A stretch of 57,404 bases of DNA, taken from assembly GCA_032718475.1 (NCBI GenBank), contig JAUCBJ010002226.1, positions 1-57,404 on the forward strand. Reading direction: 5' to 3'. Both the position numbers and the translations under genes were made by a program. The notes beneath the pieces were generated by a model. It ran no database searches, was not told where the DNA came from, and was given only the letters and a program-made list of their open reading frames with translations. Shown piece by piece: positions 1 through 10,965 of this stretch; the first letter of the stretch is position 1; each line of letters opens with the position of its first letter. This DNA is from Nemertoderma westbladi (lineage: Eukaryota > Animalia > Xenacoelomorpha).

Positions 1-1
1 G

Positions 2-3000
2 GCAGGTAGGCCAGAAGCTGATAGGCCTATACCGGTACCAGTGCAGCAGTATGACTACAGCACGAAAGGATATAACATATACCCAGGGGAGGGGGGAATT
101 ATTGCGGATAGATGCATGGGCCCCAATATATTAACATCAACCCCAATACCAAACATACCGGTGGGGGGGGGGGGGGGACAGGGTGACATTCCCCCATCGC
201 AATATCAACAATATACCCCGATAGGAGCAAGGACAACGAGACCATTGGATGAAAATAGGTCGTGTGACACAGAAATATGGAGGGGGCCGCTACCCCCAAT
301 GATATACCCAAGCCATAGAAAGGCAGAAAATAGAACGAGCGGACCGCACCCAACAGGAGGAACTATACAACATCCATCGAATCCATTGGAAGCGCAGGCG
401 ATGGGGATGGCCACATTGATCGATGCATTAAAAACAAGGATCGAATTACCACCCGTGGAACCATTCAAATTCGATGGGAGTAGGCCGGAAGAATATCTCC
501 AGTTTCGGCGTATGTATAGCAATGAAATACTAACAAAGAACTTAACGCAGGCGGAGTGCCTAAAGTATTTGCAAGTATACACAGGAGGCCCAGCATACGA
601 CATCGTGAGGCAATATCAGGGCATAGAGGGCGGCTTCACGACAGCATGGCGGGCACTGGACAGGGAATACGGACACCCGGCCAAGATCATCAGGCAGACC
701 CTGAGAGGCATAACATCGGGTGGCCTACAGGATAATCCCGTTAGCATTAAGACATTTGCGAACAAGGTCGAGAAGGCGCTGATCGTGTTAAAGACGCTAG
801 ACGCGCCATACGAACTCAACGCGTCCAACAACATCACCACGATAGCGCAGGCACTACCGATGTGGTTGCGCAACAAGTGGAGGAAAATCGCTTTCTCCAC
901 TCGAGATAGGAAGGGTGCGGAACCGGGTTTAGAAGAAATGTCGAGCTTCTTAAACTACGAAGCTGAACTAATAACCGACCCAGTCTATAGCGAAGATAGC
1001 CTGGGAAAGGGACCGAAGACGGATTACCATAGACCGAAACCAGAGCACAATACATCAAACGCATTACCGAGGCTCAGGCAATCACTGCCATATGCAGCGA
1101 CGCAGGGGACTGCAAGTCCACAGGTAGCCGAAAGTAAGACCACACCATGGAACGGACAGGGGAACAATAACAACACGAATAAATATAACCCCAGTACGTC
1201 CAGTAGGCCGAATCCAAACAATAAGAATAGTAGGGACTTTGGTACAAACGCAGCTGCGATACGCGATGCACTGTATAAGGAGGGCTACGACCCAAAGAGC
1301 AAATGCCAGCTACACGCAAATGCGCTTCATCAAACCATGAACTGCAGGTACTGGCAAGCGCTACCTAGGCAAGATCAGATAGATTATGCGGCGAGCAACA
1401 AGATCTGCTCGCGATGTGTGATGAGTGGACATAGAGCTAGGGAATGCAAGGAGACGCCGGTCAAGTTCGGTCAAAGGAAAGGCCAAACGATGGCAACGAG
1501 CACAGTAGGGGCGAAAAAGAGAGGAACGGTGCTACTTGGGGTAGTACCCGTGCGAGTGATTGGAGAAGGCAATCGATCAGTAACAACACTAATGCTGGTT
1601 GATAGTGGAGCTGCCTTCACACTAGTCGAGGATTGGGTGGCCGAAGAAATAGGATTGAGAACGAGGCCAAGTAGAATGGCGGTAACAACCATCTCCAGCA
1701 AAGATGAGGTCCTGGAGATGAGAACCGGACGGTGCACCATCGCAGCAATAGCACCAGGATGCGACTATGGGGCTAGCATCGACCCCATCCAAGTGATAGA
1801 GTCAATAAACATCAATGCCAGACGGCCAACCAACATCGAGGTCGAACAATATAAATTTCTGGACGATATTGACTTCTCAATCCCAGATGTGGACGTTAGG
1901 AAGGTATCCATCATAGTAGGAATGGACTGCCCAACGGCCCACGAAAGAATGCAAACGGTCTTCGGCGAAGACAAGCAGTGTGACCCGGTGGCGATACTGA
2001 CACCATTCGGGTGGACGCTAAGTGGCCCAATCAAGAGCAAGATACCATTTAGGATGTCGGAGACATCAGGATGCATGTTCGCGGGAACTATGCAGGAAAT
2101 GAGTGATGAGAGAGCAGAGGAGCAACTTAAAAGACTGCTCAGACAGGATTTTGAAGGATTAAAGGAGACCGGGGTCGGGACCTCGGTGGAAGACAAACAG
2201 GCTCAGCAGAGCGTAGAGGAGTCTATGAAGTGCGACGAGGGGCGGTACACCATAGGAATGGTATGGAAACTACCGAAGTTACCACTGCCCGATAATAGAG
2301 GGATGGTACTCACGAGACTCCGCAAGCTGAAACAAACACTAAAACGGAGCCCCGAGAAGAATGAGTACATCCACAGAACGATTAAGAAGTACGTCGAGAA
2401 AGGATGGGCCGTGGAGTTACCGGTCGACGAACCAAACACGGACAGGACATATTACCTGCCACTCCACGTGGCTTTAGACCCAAAGAAAGGTAAACTGCGG
2501 ATGGTAGTTGACGCATCGGCAAAGACCAACGGAAAATGCTTAAACGACTACCTGCTAGAAGGTCCAAACATATACAACTCGGGGATAGAGGTCCTACTTA
2601 GATTTAGAAATGGGAAACACGCCTTCACGTGTGACATAGAAGGCATGTTCAACCAAGTCCGTGTAACGGAGGAAGATAGCGACAGTCAACGCTTCTTATG
2701 GTATAACGGCGAGGAAGAACCGTCGATAATACCGGCGTACAAGATGGTAGTACAGAACATGGGAGCCAAGTCGTCTTCGTTTACGACGACTATGGCAGTG
2801 AGAGATACAGTGAAGGGGAAGGAAGATAGATACAGCACTAGGGCCGTCGATATGATTCGACGCGGCTTCTACGTAGACGACGGAATGGAGTCTGGAAATA
2901 CGGTTAAGGAGATACTGGACACAGGGCGCGAGGTTCGCGACATCCTAAAAGGATCCGGCTTTAACCTGACCAAATTCCAATCCAGTTCGGAGGAATTTAT

Positions 3001-5515
3001 CAAGGCGATAGAGGACAAGAGACCAGAATCGACCATGGATAATCCCACAACAGCCAAAGGGCAGGACATGGCGAACAAGAGGACAGAATCTCAACAGAAG
3101 GCACTGGGAATCGTGTGGAACAGAGAGACAGACGAACTGAAGTATCAGCTGAGCCAGGAGGGCGCAGACATCCACACGAAGAGGGGCTATGTGTCGTATA
3201 TAGCAAGGATATACGATCCCCTAGGTCTAGCATCCCCATTATTAGTCACGGGGAAACAGATACTCAAGAGAGTATACAAATTGAAGGATGAGTGGGACGT
3301 AGAGGTACCAGAGGAAATCAAGAAACAGTGGAGTAAGTGGACAGGAGACTTGGAGAAGATGGGAACATACAACATGCCACGAGTGTATTTCCCGGATGGG
3401 AACATGACGAATCTGGACCTACACATGTTCTCCGATGCGTCGTTGGAGGCGTACGGAGCGGCACTCTATTTAGTACAACGAGAGGGGGCTCACAAGCCCA
3501 GACTGGCCTTTAGCAAAGCAAAGTCAACGCCGCCAGATTCAGCATCAGTTCCCAAATTAGAATTGACAGCTGCGAGACTAGGAGTTAGAGCCACAGCCTA
3601 CCTAGTGGATACTATTCCCAACATAGTGGAGACACACTACTGGACGGACTCCATGGTAGTGCTTGGTTGGCTACATAACGAAAGGACGAGATACCCAATA
3701 TTCGTCGCGAACAGGGTGGACGAGATAAGGGCGACCACAGAATTGGAAAGGTGGCACTACTGCCCAACGGATGAGAACCCAGCGGACTTGTTATCACGGG
3801 GCGTGGCATGCCACACTTTCTTAAAAAAGGAAGGATTGTGGCAACACGGGCCGCAGTTTCTGAGCGACAAGGAGGCCTGGCCGCCGATGAGAAAGGTGGA
3901 CCCGGACTCAGGAGAGGTAGTGTCAGAAGGAGAAGAGGGAGATTCAGAGGGAGAAGAGATATACTCCCAGATGGTGAGGGAGATAAGGGACGTGCAACCT
4001 AAACCAGAAGAACTGTGCGATAACCCGACAGATAAACTCCTCAGCTACAGCTCTAGTTGGTATAAGACCAAGAAATTAGTGGCGTACTGGAGAGCCTTCG
4101 GGAATTTCCTCGCGGGAGTTGGCAAAGACAAGAAGATCAGGACAACCATAGATCTGGAAGGAGCGGCCAAGGCAGTCATCCGCTATGAACAATGGAAGAA
4201 CTATGGCGACGAGGTGGAACGCGTCGGTAACCAACAGCACCTTCGACGGGACAGCGAGCTGATCACGCTGTCGCCACAACTTAACGACGACGGGATTCTA
4301 GTAATGAATTCTAGGGTGGGATACAACAACAGCATAGTCGTACCACCGAAACCCATCATCATTCCCACAGGATCGCCAATAGTCCACCAGATTATCTGGG
4401 ACTCCCATAAGTCGATATTGCACGGGGGCACCAACCGAACTCTCACGGAGATAAGGAGGACCTTTTGGGTCAAGCAGTTGAGGAAGAAGGTAAAAGCGGT
4501 AGTGGGGCAGTGCCAGACCTGCCGACGAGCGAAGAAGGAGCGAGCCATACAAGAGATGGCACCACTACCAGCGAGTAGAGTAAGACAGCACGACCCGCCA
4601 TTTACACATTGCGGTGTGGACATGTTCGGGCCAATAAAGATCAAGGTGATGCGGAACATGGAGAAATGCTACGGTATTATCTTCGTATGTAACAACACGC
4701 GGGCGGTAGGGATAGAACTCGCCCAAGATGCAACCGCATCAGCATTTATTAATGCATTAGAAAGATTCAGAGACCGCAAAGGTGGGACGATCGCAGTAAT
4801 GTACTCCGACAGCAGAACCAACTTTGTGGGAGCAGAGAACGAGATGGCAGAGGCCTTGGACATCTTGGAAGGGGAGGAAGTCAGGGCGGCTATGAGACGA
4901 CGACAAATAAAGTGGGAAAGAAGGACGCTGTATGCACCACATACACTAGGATGCGTCGAGAGACTGGTGGGCAGTTCAAAGCGTCTTATGACGAAGCTAA
5001 TGAACACCCACATGGTCACTGAGGACGTCTTGAGGACAGTGCTTGCGAAGTGCGAGGGGATCATTAATAGCAGACCGCTATATCCGGAGAATGATGACCC
5101 TGAGTCATTAGATGTGCTGACACCCAGCCATTTTCTAATGGAAAGGCCAGCGACCATCGATATGCAGGGTGTAGACCCAGATGACATACATTCCCGCCAG
5201 AGTTGGAAGGTCGCTAAAGCAATAAGCGCAGAGTATTGGAGGAGGTGGGTTGAGGAATAACTACCCACGCTTCACAAAAGAAGCAAGTGGAGGAAGTCAA
5301 ATAGGGAGTTAAGAGAGGGAGATCTCGTAATCGTTACGGATGATACTATCATCAACAACCAGTGGCGGTTGGCGAGAGTCGTAGGCACTTACTCCGATGA
5401 GGACGGAAGAGTCCGATCGGTAGAAGTGCGGATAGGTGGAAAGATCGGTGTGAAAGACAGAAAAACCTACAGGAGAGCTGTAGGGAAATGCTGTCTATTA
5501 GAAGGGGCACCTTAG
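2..5515 (+). CDS. BEL/Pao gag-pol polyprotein; open from the window edge, with an in-frame TAA at 5258-5260 and a natural stop at 5513-5515
   Basis: Gag DUF1759-like (PFKFDG...KYLQVYTGGPA...ALDREYG); knuckles CQLH..H....C and CSRC....H....C; protease LVDSGA; RT YYLPLH..KLRMVVDAS and YVDD; RNase H LHMFSDAS; integrase H..H..CQTC, GVDMFGP, YSD, VERLV. The frame continues past the TAA as LPTLHKRSKW...GDLVIV...WRLARV...DGRVRSVEV (DUF5641-like tail). Confidence 0.93.
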
Positions 5516-5639
5516 GGTGGAGTTAGAGTGTAGTTTAGTCGTCCAAGTTTGGACTGAGGGGGGTGGGATTGAGGGCGAGACGCCCTTCCCACACATAAAA
5601 ATAAAAAAAATAAAATAAATAAAATTAGAGTTAGTTAGT

Positions 5640-6170
5640 TAGGAGTTAGTTAGAAGGTACGTAGTACCTAGAGTTAGTTAGTTAGTTAGTTAGTCAGTTA
5701 GAAGGTACGTAGCACCTAGAGTTAGTTAGTTAGTTAGTCAGCTAGAAGGTACATAGTACCGTTAGTAGAGTTGGTAGAGTAGTGAGAGGGTACGTAGTAC
5801 CATTAGTAGAGTTAGAGAGTAGTAAGAGGGTACGTAGTACCGTTAGTAGAGTTAGAGAGTAGTAAGAGGGTACGTAGTACCGTTAGTAGAGTTGGTAGAG
5901 TAGTGGGAGGGTACGTTGTACCGTTAGTGGAGTTAGAGAGTAGTAAGAGGGTATGTAGTACTGTTAGTGGAGTTAGAGAGTAGTAAGAGGGTACGTAGTA
6001 CCGTTAGTGGAGTTAGAGAGTAGTAAGAGGGTACGTAGTACCATTAGTAGAGTTAGAGTAAGAGTTAGAGGGTACGTAGTACCGTTAGTTGGTTAGAGAG
6101 TAGTAAGAGGGTACGTAGTACTGATTAGTAAGAGAGAGAGGTAGAAGGGTATACATAGTATAGATATTAG
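5640..6170 (+). repeat. ~40 bp tandem array inside the retrotransposon: GGTAC-gta-GTACC mini-hairpin plus TAG-rich spacer, about 12-13 units
   Basis: Read directly; typical unit gggtacgtagtaccgttagtagagttagagagtagtaaga. Confidence 0.9.
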
Positions 6171-6558
6171 TTAGTAGTTAGTAGGGAGAGGGGGGCATGT
6201 GAGTACAGTTGAATAGATCGTGTAGGCCACGCGACATATACTGCTGTACTGCACAGGCCCATAGCGTAGGTCAGAATGTGGATTATAAAATAGAATAATC
6301 CATAAGCAGTAAATAGTAGAAATAGGTTAGAAATAAAATAGAATAAATAGGGCTAAGAAAATTACGAATTATGGTAACAGGAGGAAAATTATTCTGGAAC
6401 ATAATTAAAGCAACGGACAGAAATTGCAAATAGGGTACATTTGTTAGCTACAAAATTAAGTAACAGAAATTTAGGCTAAAAGGCGTGATTAGACAGAAAA
6501 TAGGCCATTATCGGACTGTACAGACCATCCTAACTGCATCACTCACTTATATTGCGCC

Positions 6559-6918
6559 TTGGTAAGGCACCACCTTATAGTTGAGCGATCGGAGGAGTTC
6601 GAAATGGCGGGAAAACTGATCAGAAAGAGAAAGGCGGAGTCAGGAGGAAAGGAGATACTGGTGGATTTCACCAAGAGGCATCCGGAAGAGAAGACGAGAG
6701 GATACTACGAGAGGTTGGAAAAGGGTCACGCAGCACGAGCGCTGCAGGACCACTTCCGGGAGATGCACGAACAGCGGCTGGTCGGGACCTACGGGACGCC
6801 GTCGCTGGACAACGCGATCTTCCAACACTTCCACTACGTGGTGAAAGGGGACGAGGCGAAGTTCGGGTTCCGAAGTACCCGAGGGAGTCGCCGAAGAAGG
6901 ATTGGAAGAGATTCATAG
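6559..6918 (+). CDS. Probable N-terminal part of the accessory ORF, offset from it by a -1 frameshift near 6863
   Basis: Frame 1 reads ...FHYVVKGDEAKF. Frame 3 is open over the overlap and reads RVPKYPRESPKKDWKRFIESVNMGGYMILDD into the 745 aa ORF. Same purine-rich codon style as pol. Confidence 0.55.
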   Translation: MVRHHLIVERSEEFEMAGKLIRKRKAESGGKEILVDFTKRHPEEKTRGYYERLEKGHAARALQDHFREMHEQRLVGTYGTPSLDNAIFQHFHYVVKGDEAKFGFRSTRGSRRRRIGRDS

Positions 6919-6929
6919 AATCCGTCAAC

Positions 6930-9167
6930 ATGGGAGGATATATGATCCTAGACGACAAGGGAACCGTGGAAGACGAGGAGGGTTCGAGACGAGGATCAGC
7001 AGGGTCGGCCAGGACCATACTCCTACATTTGGCCACGCCAAATGGGGACATTTTCTTATTCGATCTAGGAACGTATGGGAAGAAGGAGGGGCCGAAATTA
7101 AACCGGTTGCCGAACCGGTTGCAAGTCTTGGTAAGAGAGAAGTCGACGACGAAGGTGGGATCGGCGATTCACGAGGACGCGGAGAGAATCATCGGTCCGG
7201 ACGCCACCAACCTCCTGGATATGCAGAAGGTCTTCATGGCTATGACGGCACCAGATGGGTTGGGGGTAGTCGGGAACATAGGCCAATGCGGGGCAGTGGC
7301 AATGGGCCAGCTATTGGGGCTCGTATGCCACAAACCGATGGACTGGGGGAAGTTCAGGGAGGAATACGGAGCAGAACTAGCGAACTCGCTAAAGTGGGGA
7401 GTGAGACCGGGGAGGCAAGAGGTATATCAATTCCGCAGAGGAGCGATAAAGGTATATCAGAAGCGATATATCCTGCAGGAAGATTGGATGATGATAAGTT
7501 TGCTTAACTTATTCATGACCGTGGTTATCGAGAGGGAACCAGCGGCATTTCTGTTATCGGGATCACCCCTAAGCTACAGGAGAGCCTTTAAGACGGCCTT
7601 CGACGGTCTGGTAGACCACCCGGGGCTGAAGGGCGAGTCGGTGTACTACAATAGCCGACATCTGATAGACGGGGAGACAGATACGCCGTATCAGAGATGG
7701 GAGCAGCTAGAGGCGGATAGACGAGAGGCAAAGCGACTGGAAGAAGTCGCTAGACGGGAAAGGATAGAAGCAGAGGAGAGGGAAGAGGAGGCCAGGACGC
7801 AGAGTTACGGCTTCGAGGAACAGGCAGGCTTAGACGAACTTCGTTGGACTTCATCAGGGAGTTCGGGGGAGTCTCTAGGGCGAGAACTGGGATGGACGGT
7901 GGGATCGCCGAAACAGTCGACGTCGGGGTTGCAAGCGATGCCCATACCAGCGGGCGCCGAAGGCGACCAACCGCCAAGGAAGTTAAGGGAGCTAGAGGGA
8001 TGGAGAGCTACGGGCGAGAGCCAAGGCGGGAAGGGACATAGTGGATCCATCGGGATACCGGGGTTGGAGCCACTGCCAGAGGAGGAGGAACACGACGACG
8101 AGTTCGGAGAGGTGCCGCCCATCGAGAGGATTGGCCACTCGGACACGGACTGGGTTGGCGGGAGGGTGGTGACGGCCAGTGGGGCGAGGGCCTTCTGGGA
8201 TAGACCCGGCAAGCGGGCCTGGGTGCACGAGGAGCCGGCGATGGATTTCGCGGGGAGCACTATCAGGTTGGGCGAGCAACCGGGGACGGCACCACGGGTA
8301 GTATTCGGGGAGACGATGCCCGAGAGGGGCGGAGAGATCGACGTAGACAGGGACACTAACGTGCAGAAGTTCGCCTACCAGCGACTCCACAGACCGCGGA
8401 GATCGCTTGGGACGAAAGACGACGTGGGGCGGGAGACATTGGTACTCGGTTGCGACTACTGTGGGAGACAGACCCACCAGGAAAGGAGCTGTTTGTACCG
8501 GTTCCAAAAGGGAACCTTTTGTCTCTACTGCCGCGAGTCGAGCCACAGGATGGGGGCGTGTCCACGGTTGCATAACCGATGTCCGAAGTGCAACTTTCGG
8601 GGACACTACGGACGCCAGTGCGACTGGATGGACGACGAAGAGAAGTTCAGAAGATTCGAGGAGTGGGCCGACGTCGGGGCCATGACGCGCCAGCGCATGA
8701 AGGCCCAGGAGTTCAAGTGGGGTTTCTTCCTCATCAATCAGGAGGCTCACATGGAAATCATAAAGCGGAGGCTACCGTTTACCTATCAAGAGGTAGCAAC
8801 GGCGGCGTCGTATGCCGGGGTGATGAATACACAAAGGTATTTGGACAGGTGGACGCCACAGAACCGAGGGGAGTTTAGGGATTTCCTGGCGGAGCACGTG
8901 CCGCGGGCAATGAAGATGATCATATGGGACGCCACCAGGGGGAGACAACAGGGCCACTTGGAGGGGCCACCCGCGAAGCGATATCGGGAGCTGATAACAC
9001 CAGCACCCAGGGAGCCAACGACCGGGATCAGTAAGGAGGTGGCGGCGAGGGTCCGAAGACAGAAAGCGGATCCCAGAGGAGCGGTAGTGACCAGGAAACG
9101 ACCCAGGGAGGAGGACGGCAAAGGGAAAGACTTGAGGTGGTTCCCAAAGTCAGGGGGGATGAACTGA
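6930..9167 (+). CDS. Retrotransposon accessory protein: DEDDy (WRN/EXD2/RNase D-like) 3'-5' exonuclease-like domain, acidic linker, three CCHC zinc knuckles
   Basis: ILDDK...ILLHLATPNGDIFLFDL...LPNRLQVLVREKSTTKVGSAIHEDAERI...LLDMQ...QKRYILQED parallels the WRN-exo pattern (FDxE...LLQLAT...LF...LP..L..LL....KVG..I..D...L...VDL...Q..YAA.D). Knuckles CDYCGRQTHQERSC, CLYCRESSHRMGAC and CPKCNFRGHYGRQC at 8451-8621. Confidence 0.75.
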   Translation: MGGYMILDDKGTVEDEEGSRRGSAGSARTILLHLATPNGDIFLFDLGTYGKKEGPKLNRLPNRLQVLVREKSTTKVGSAIHEDAERIIGPDATNLLDMQKVFMAMTAPDGLGVVGNIGQCGAVAMGQLLGLVCHKPMDWGKFREEYGAELANSLKWGVRPGRQEVYQFRRGAIKVYQKRYILQEDWMMISLLNLFMTVVIEREPAAFLLSGSPLSYRRAFKTAFDGLVDHPGLKGESVYYNSRHLIDGETDTPYQRWEQLEADRREAKRLEEVARRERIEAEEREEEARTQSYGFEEQAGLDELRWTSSGSSGESLGRELGWTVGSPKQSTSGLQAMPIPAGAEGDQPPRKLRELEGWRATGESQGGKGHSGSIGIPGLEPLPEEEEHDDEFGEVPPIERIGHSDTDWVGGRVVTASGARAFWDRPGKRAWVHEEPAMDFAGSTIRLGEQPGTAPRVVFGETMPERGGEIDVDRDTNVQKFAYQRLHRPRRSLGTKDDVGRETLVLGCDYCGRQTHQERSCLYRFQKGTFCLYCRESSHRMGACPRLHNRCPKCNFRGHYGRQCDWMDDEEKFRRFEEWADVGAMTRQRMKAQEFKWGFFLINQEAHMEIIKRRLPFTYQEVATAASYAGVMNTQRYLDRWTPQNRGEFRDFLAEHVPRAMKMIIWDATRGRQQGHLEGPPAKRYRELITPAPREPTTGISKEVAARVRRQKADPRGAVVTRKRPREEDGKGKDLRWFPKSGGMN

Positions 9168-9868
9168 GACTTCAATGTGGTACGCCTGGAAGGCGCCACG
9201 TGGGACGTACGAACTATTAAGTACAAATTCAAACTGATGCAAATAATTAAATAAGTGCAATTATATGTACGTACGTAGTAATCAGTAGTTTAGCAATGAA
9301 ATATACGTTCGAAGTAAGTACTATAGTCATTCAACCTTTCTCAATTAGCTACTGGGACTGGGGGGCTAACTGACTATGGTACTATGGACGAGACACCAGA
9401 CGACTTCACATTTCTTGAGTGCGACGGCACAAAGGGGGAGTGAGATTCGTCAGAAGGGATGGGGTAGTCAAAGGGAGGTCGAGTAGAGGTGATAGTGCAG
9501 AGTGCAGAGAGAGTGCGAATGCAATTCAAGTGTGTGGGAGGAATAAGAGGCTGAGTGAGGGACAGGGAAGTCCGAGAGTTAGAGCGGTAGTGAGGAGAAG
9601 TAGAGGAGAGTCAGGGTGAGAACAGAGTAGAGTTAAAGTGGCGAAGTGTTGGGGAAACAAAAGTCGTGTGAGGAGCGCACGATCGGCCCGACATGGGACG
9701 CCAGGCGAAACGGGTAGCGATATCATACCCATAGGGAGCGGCCTGGAAAGCCGGCTCCGAAAGAAAATAGTTCCACCCCACACCCGATAATAGATCGGGA
9801 TCCAGCGGAATTGTAGCGCACTTGAGGTGGATGCTATCTTCTCACCGGGAAGATAGCATGGGGGGGAG

Positions 9869-10414
9869 TGTTAGCTTATTCAATTCCGCTAACACAAACC
9901 CATAAAGTCAACCGTTAAGCAATATTGGGGGCCACGAGATTGGGTAACTAACAACTCGTGTCACCCCAACAAAGTGGGAAGGAGAAACACACAATGAGGG
10001 TCAGGGGCCAAACCCCTAACCGAGAGAGAATAGGTGGAGTGAACGGAAACACTCCAAAGGGCGCCAATAGGGACATTAGCCAATCAGAGGGGGGAAAGGC
10101 ATCGGTTAGGTACAGTAACAGGCCAACCCGTGCAATATAACCAGTTGGCAGTAATCATCTCATTCAGTTATCTCAGTGTTATTGGTGTTACAGTAGCAAT
10201 AGTTTAGCTAGGGAAGTACCGGGATTTCAATTACCGTTTCCCGCCTTCCGTGTACAACAACGTATTATCAGTTATCTCATTACCAGTTATCTATATCTAT
10301 ATACCCGAATATTATACACGACGAATAACGCAAACTCTTTCACCTTTCACACACGGCGGGGACGCGTGAATTGACAAACCGGATAAACCGGGATCCTTCC
10401 TGGATCCCGTCACA
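9869..10414 (+). mobile_element. 3' LTR of the BEL element (~546 bp)
   Basis: Starts TGTTAG right after the PPT and ends GTCACA, where AT-rich flank resumes. Contains CCAAT (~10064, ~10080), TATAA (~10136) and Inr-like TCAGT (~10164). The right boundary is inferred because the 5' LTR is not visible. Confidence 0.75.
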
Positions 10415-10529
10415 CCCCATGCGGGGCAATTGATGACTTTATTTATAAAATATATCTTAATTAAAATTAACACAGTTTTAAGTAAAATATTATAAATTAA
10501 AACATAAATAATATCCCTTAAAAGTAACC

Positions 10530-10965
10530 AAATATCAACGCTTATATCAACGGTTATATCAACGCTAGACTTGAAAGTGATGGGGAAGAAGTACAGGTTA
10601 ACACATGATAGCGTTTGGCGGATATTTCGCCGCAGAATTTACAAAAACAATCCGTCGAGGAAAGGTCGTGAAATGGGGCCGAGTTCACGCATATCAGATG
10701 GTGAAAACCATGGGCGGTTGCCCTGGTGACAACGTGTCGATTTGATTGGTTGCCACGTTTCCACGTTGAACAGCTAAAAGCTGGGCCTGCAGTATAGTTT
10801 CCATTTACAAAGTTGGTTTGTCGTTCTGCACGAAACTGACGATATTCTTCGACAACAGACGGTTTTCGAAATCCTGGGTGGTGTATTTCTACAATGTCTT
10901 CTACTAAGGTGTTGCACTTGGTAAGATGGTGAGCTAAGGTAGCTGACGAGTTAGATGGCAGACTT
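10530..10965 (-). mobile_element. 3' end of a 5'-truncated non-LTR retrotransposon (not in the ORF track)
   Basis: Open minus frame LPSNSSATLAHHLTKCNTLVEDIV...RHVVTRATAHGFHHLIC...FH...CFCKFCG...RYHVLTC...LALI, stop at 10554-10556, followed by a (GCGTTGATATAA)-like x3 tail. The His/Cys-rich C-terminus resembles LINE ORF2 ends. Confidence 0.65.

Larger units (their letters stand above)
1..10414 (+). mobile_element. BEL/Pao LTR retrotransposon (5' end outside window) carrying an extra internal cassette
   Basis: Single gag-PR-RT-RH-IN ORF with BEL motifs, then a PPT (GGGGGGGAG, 9860-9868) directly followed by a TGT...ACA-bounded LTR-like segment. Confidence 0.93.

Noticed and set aside
5640-6170. 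CRISPR-like repeat-spacer array next to a nuclease
   Set aside because: Spacers are variants of one another, so it is a tandem repeat; the context is eukaryotic.
6930-9167. Retroviral env gene
   Set aside because: No signal peptide, fusion/TM segments or glycoprotein Cys pattern; the motifs fit exonuclease plus knuckles.
99-9232. Numerous minus-strand ORFs over the retrotransposon
   Set aside because: Antisense shadows of purine-rich coding sequence, with no motifs.
9550-9580. Hammerhead-like CTGAGTGA-GGAC..GTCC-GAGA
   Set aside because: Core deviates from CUGANGA/GAAA and stems I and III are not evident.
10894-10920. Short first exon of THEG gene 1 (ATG...TTG|gtaaga)
   Set aside because: The phase-0 donor does not fit the phase-2 acceptor at 12149, and the region is better explained as the minus-strand LINE end.
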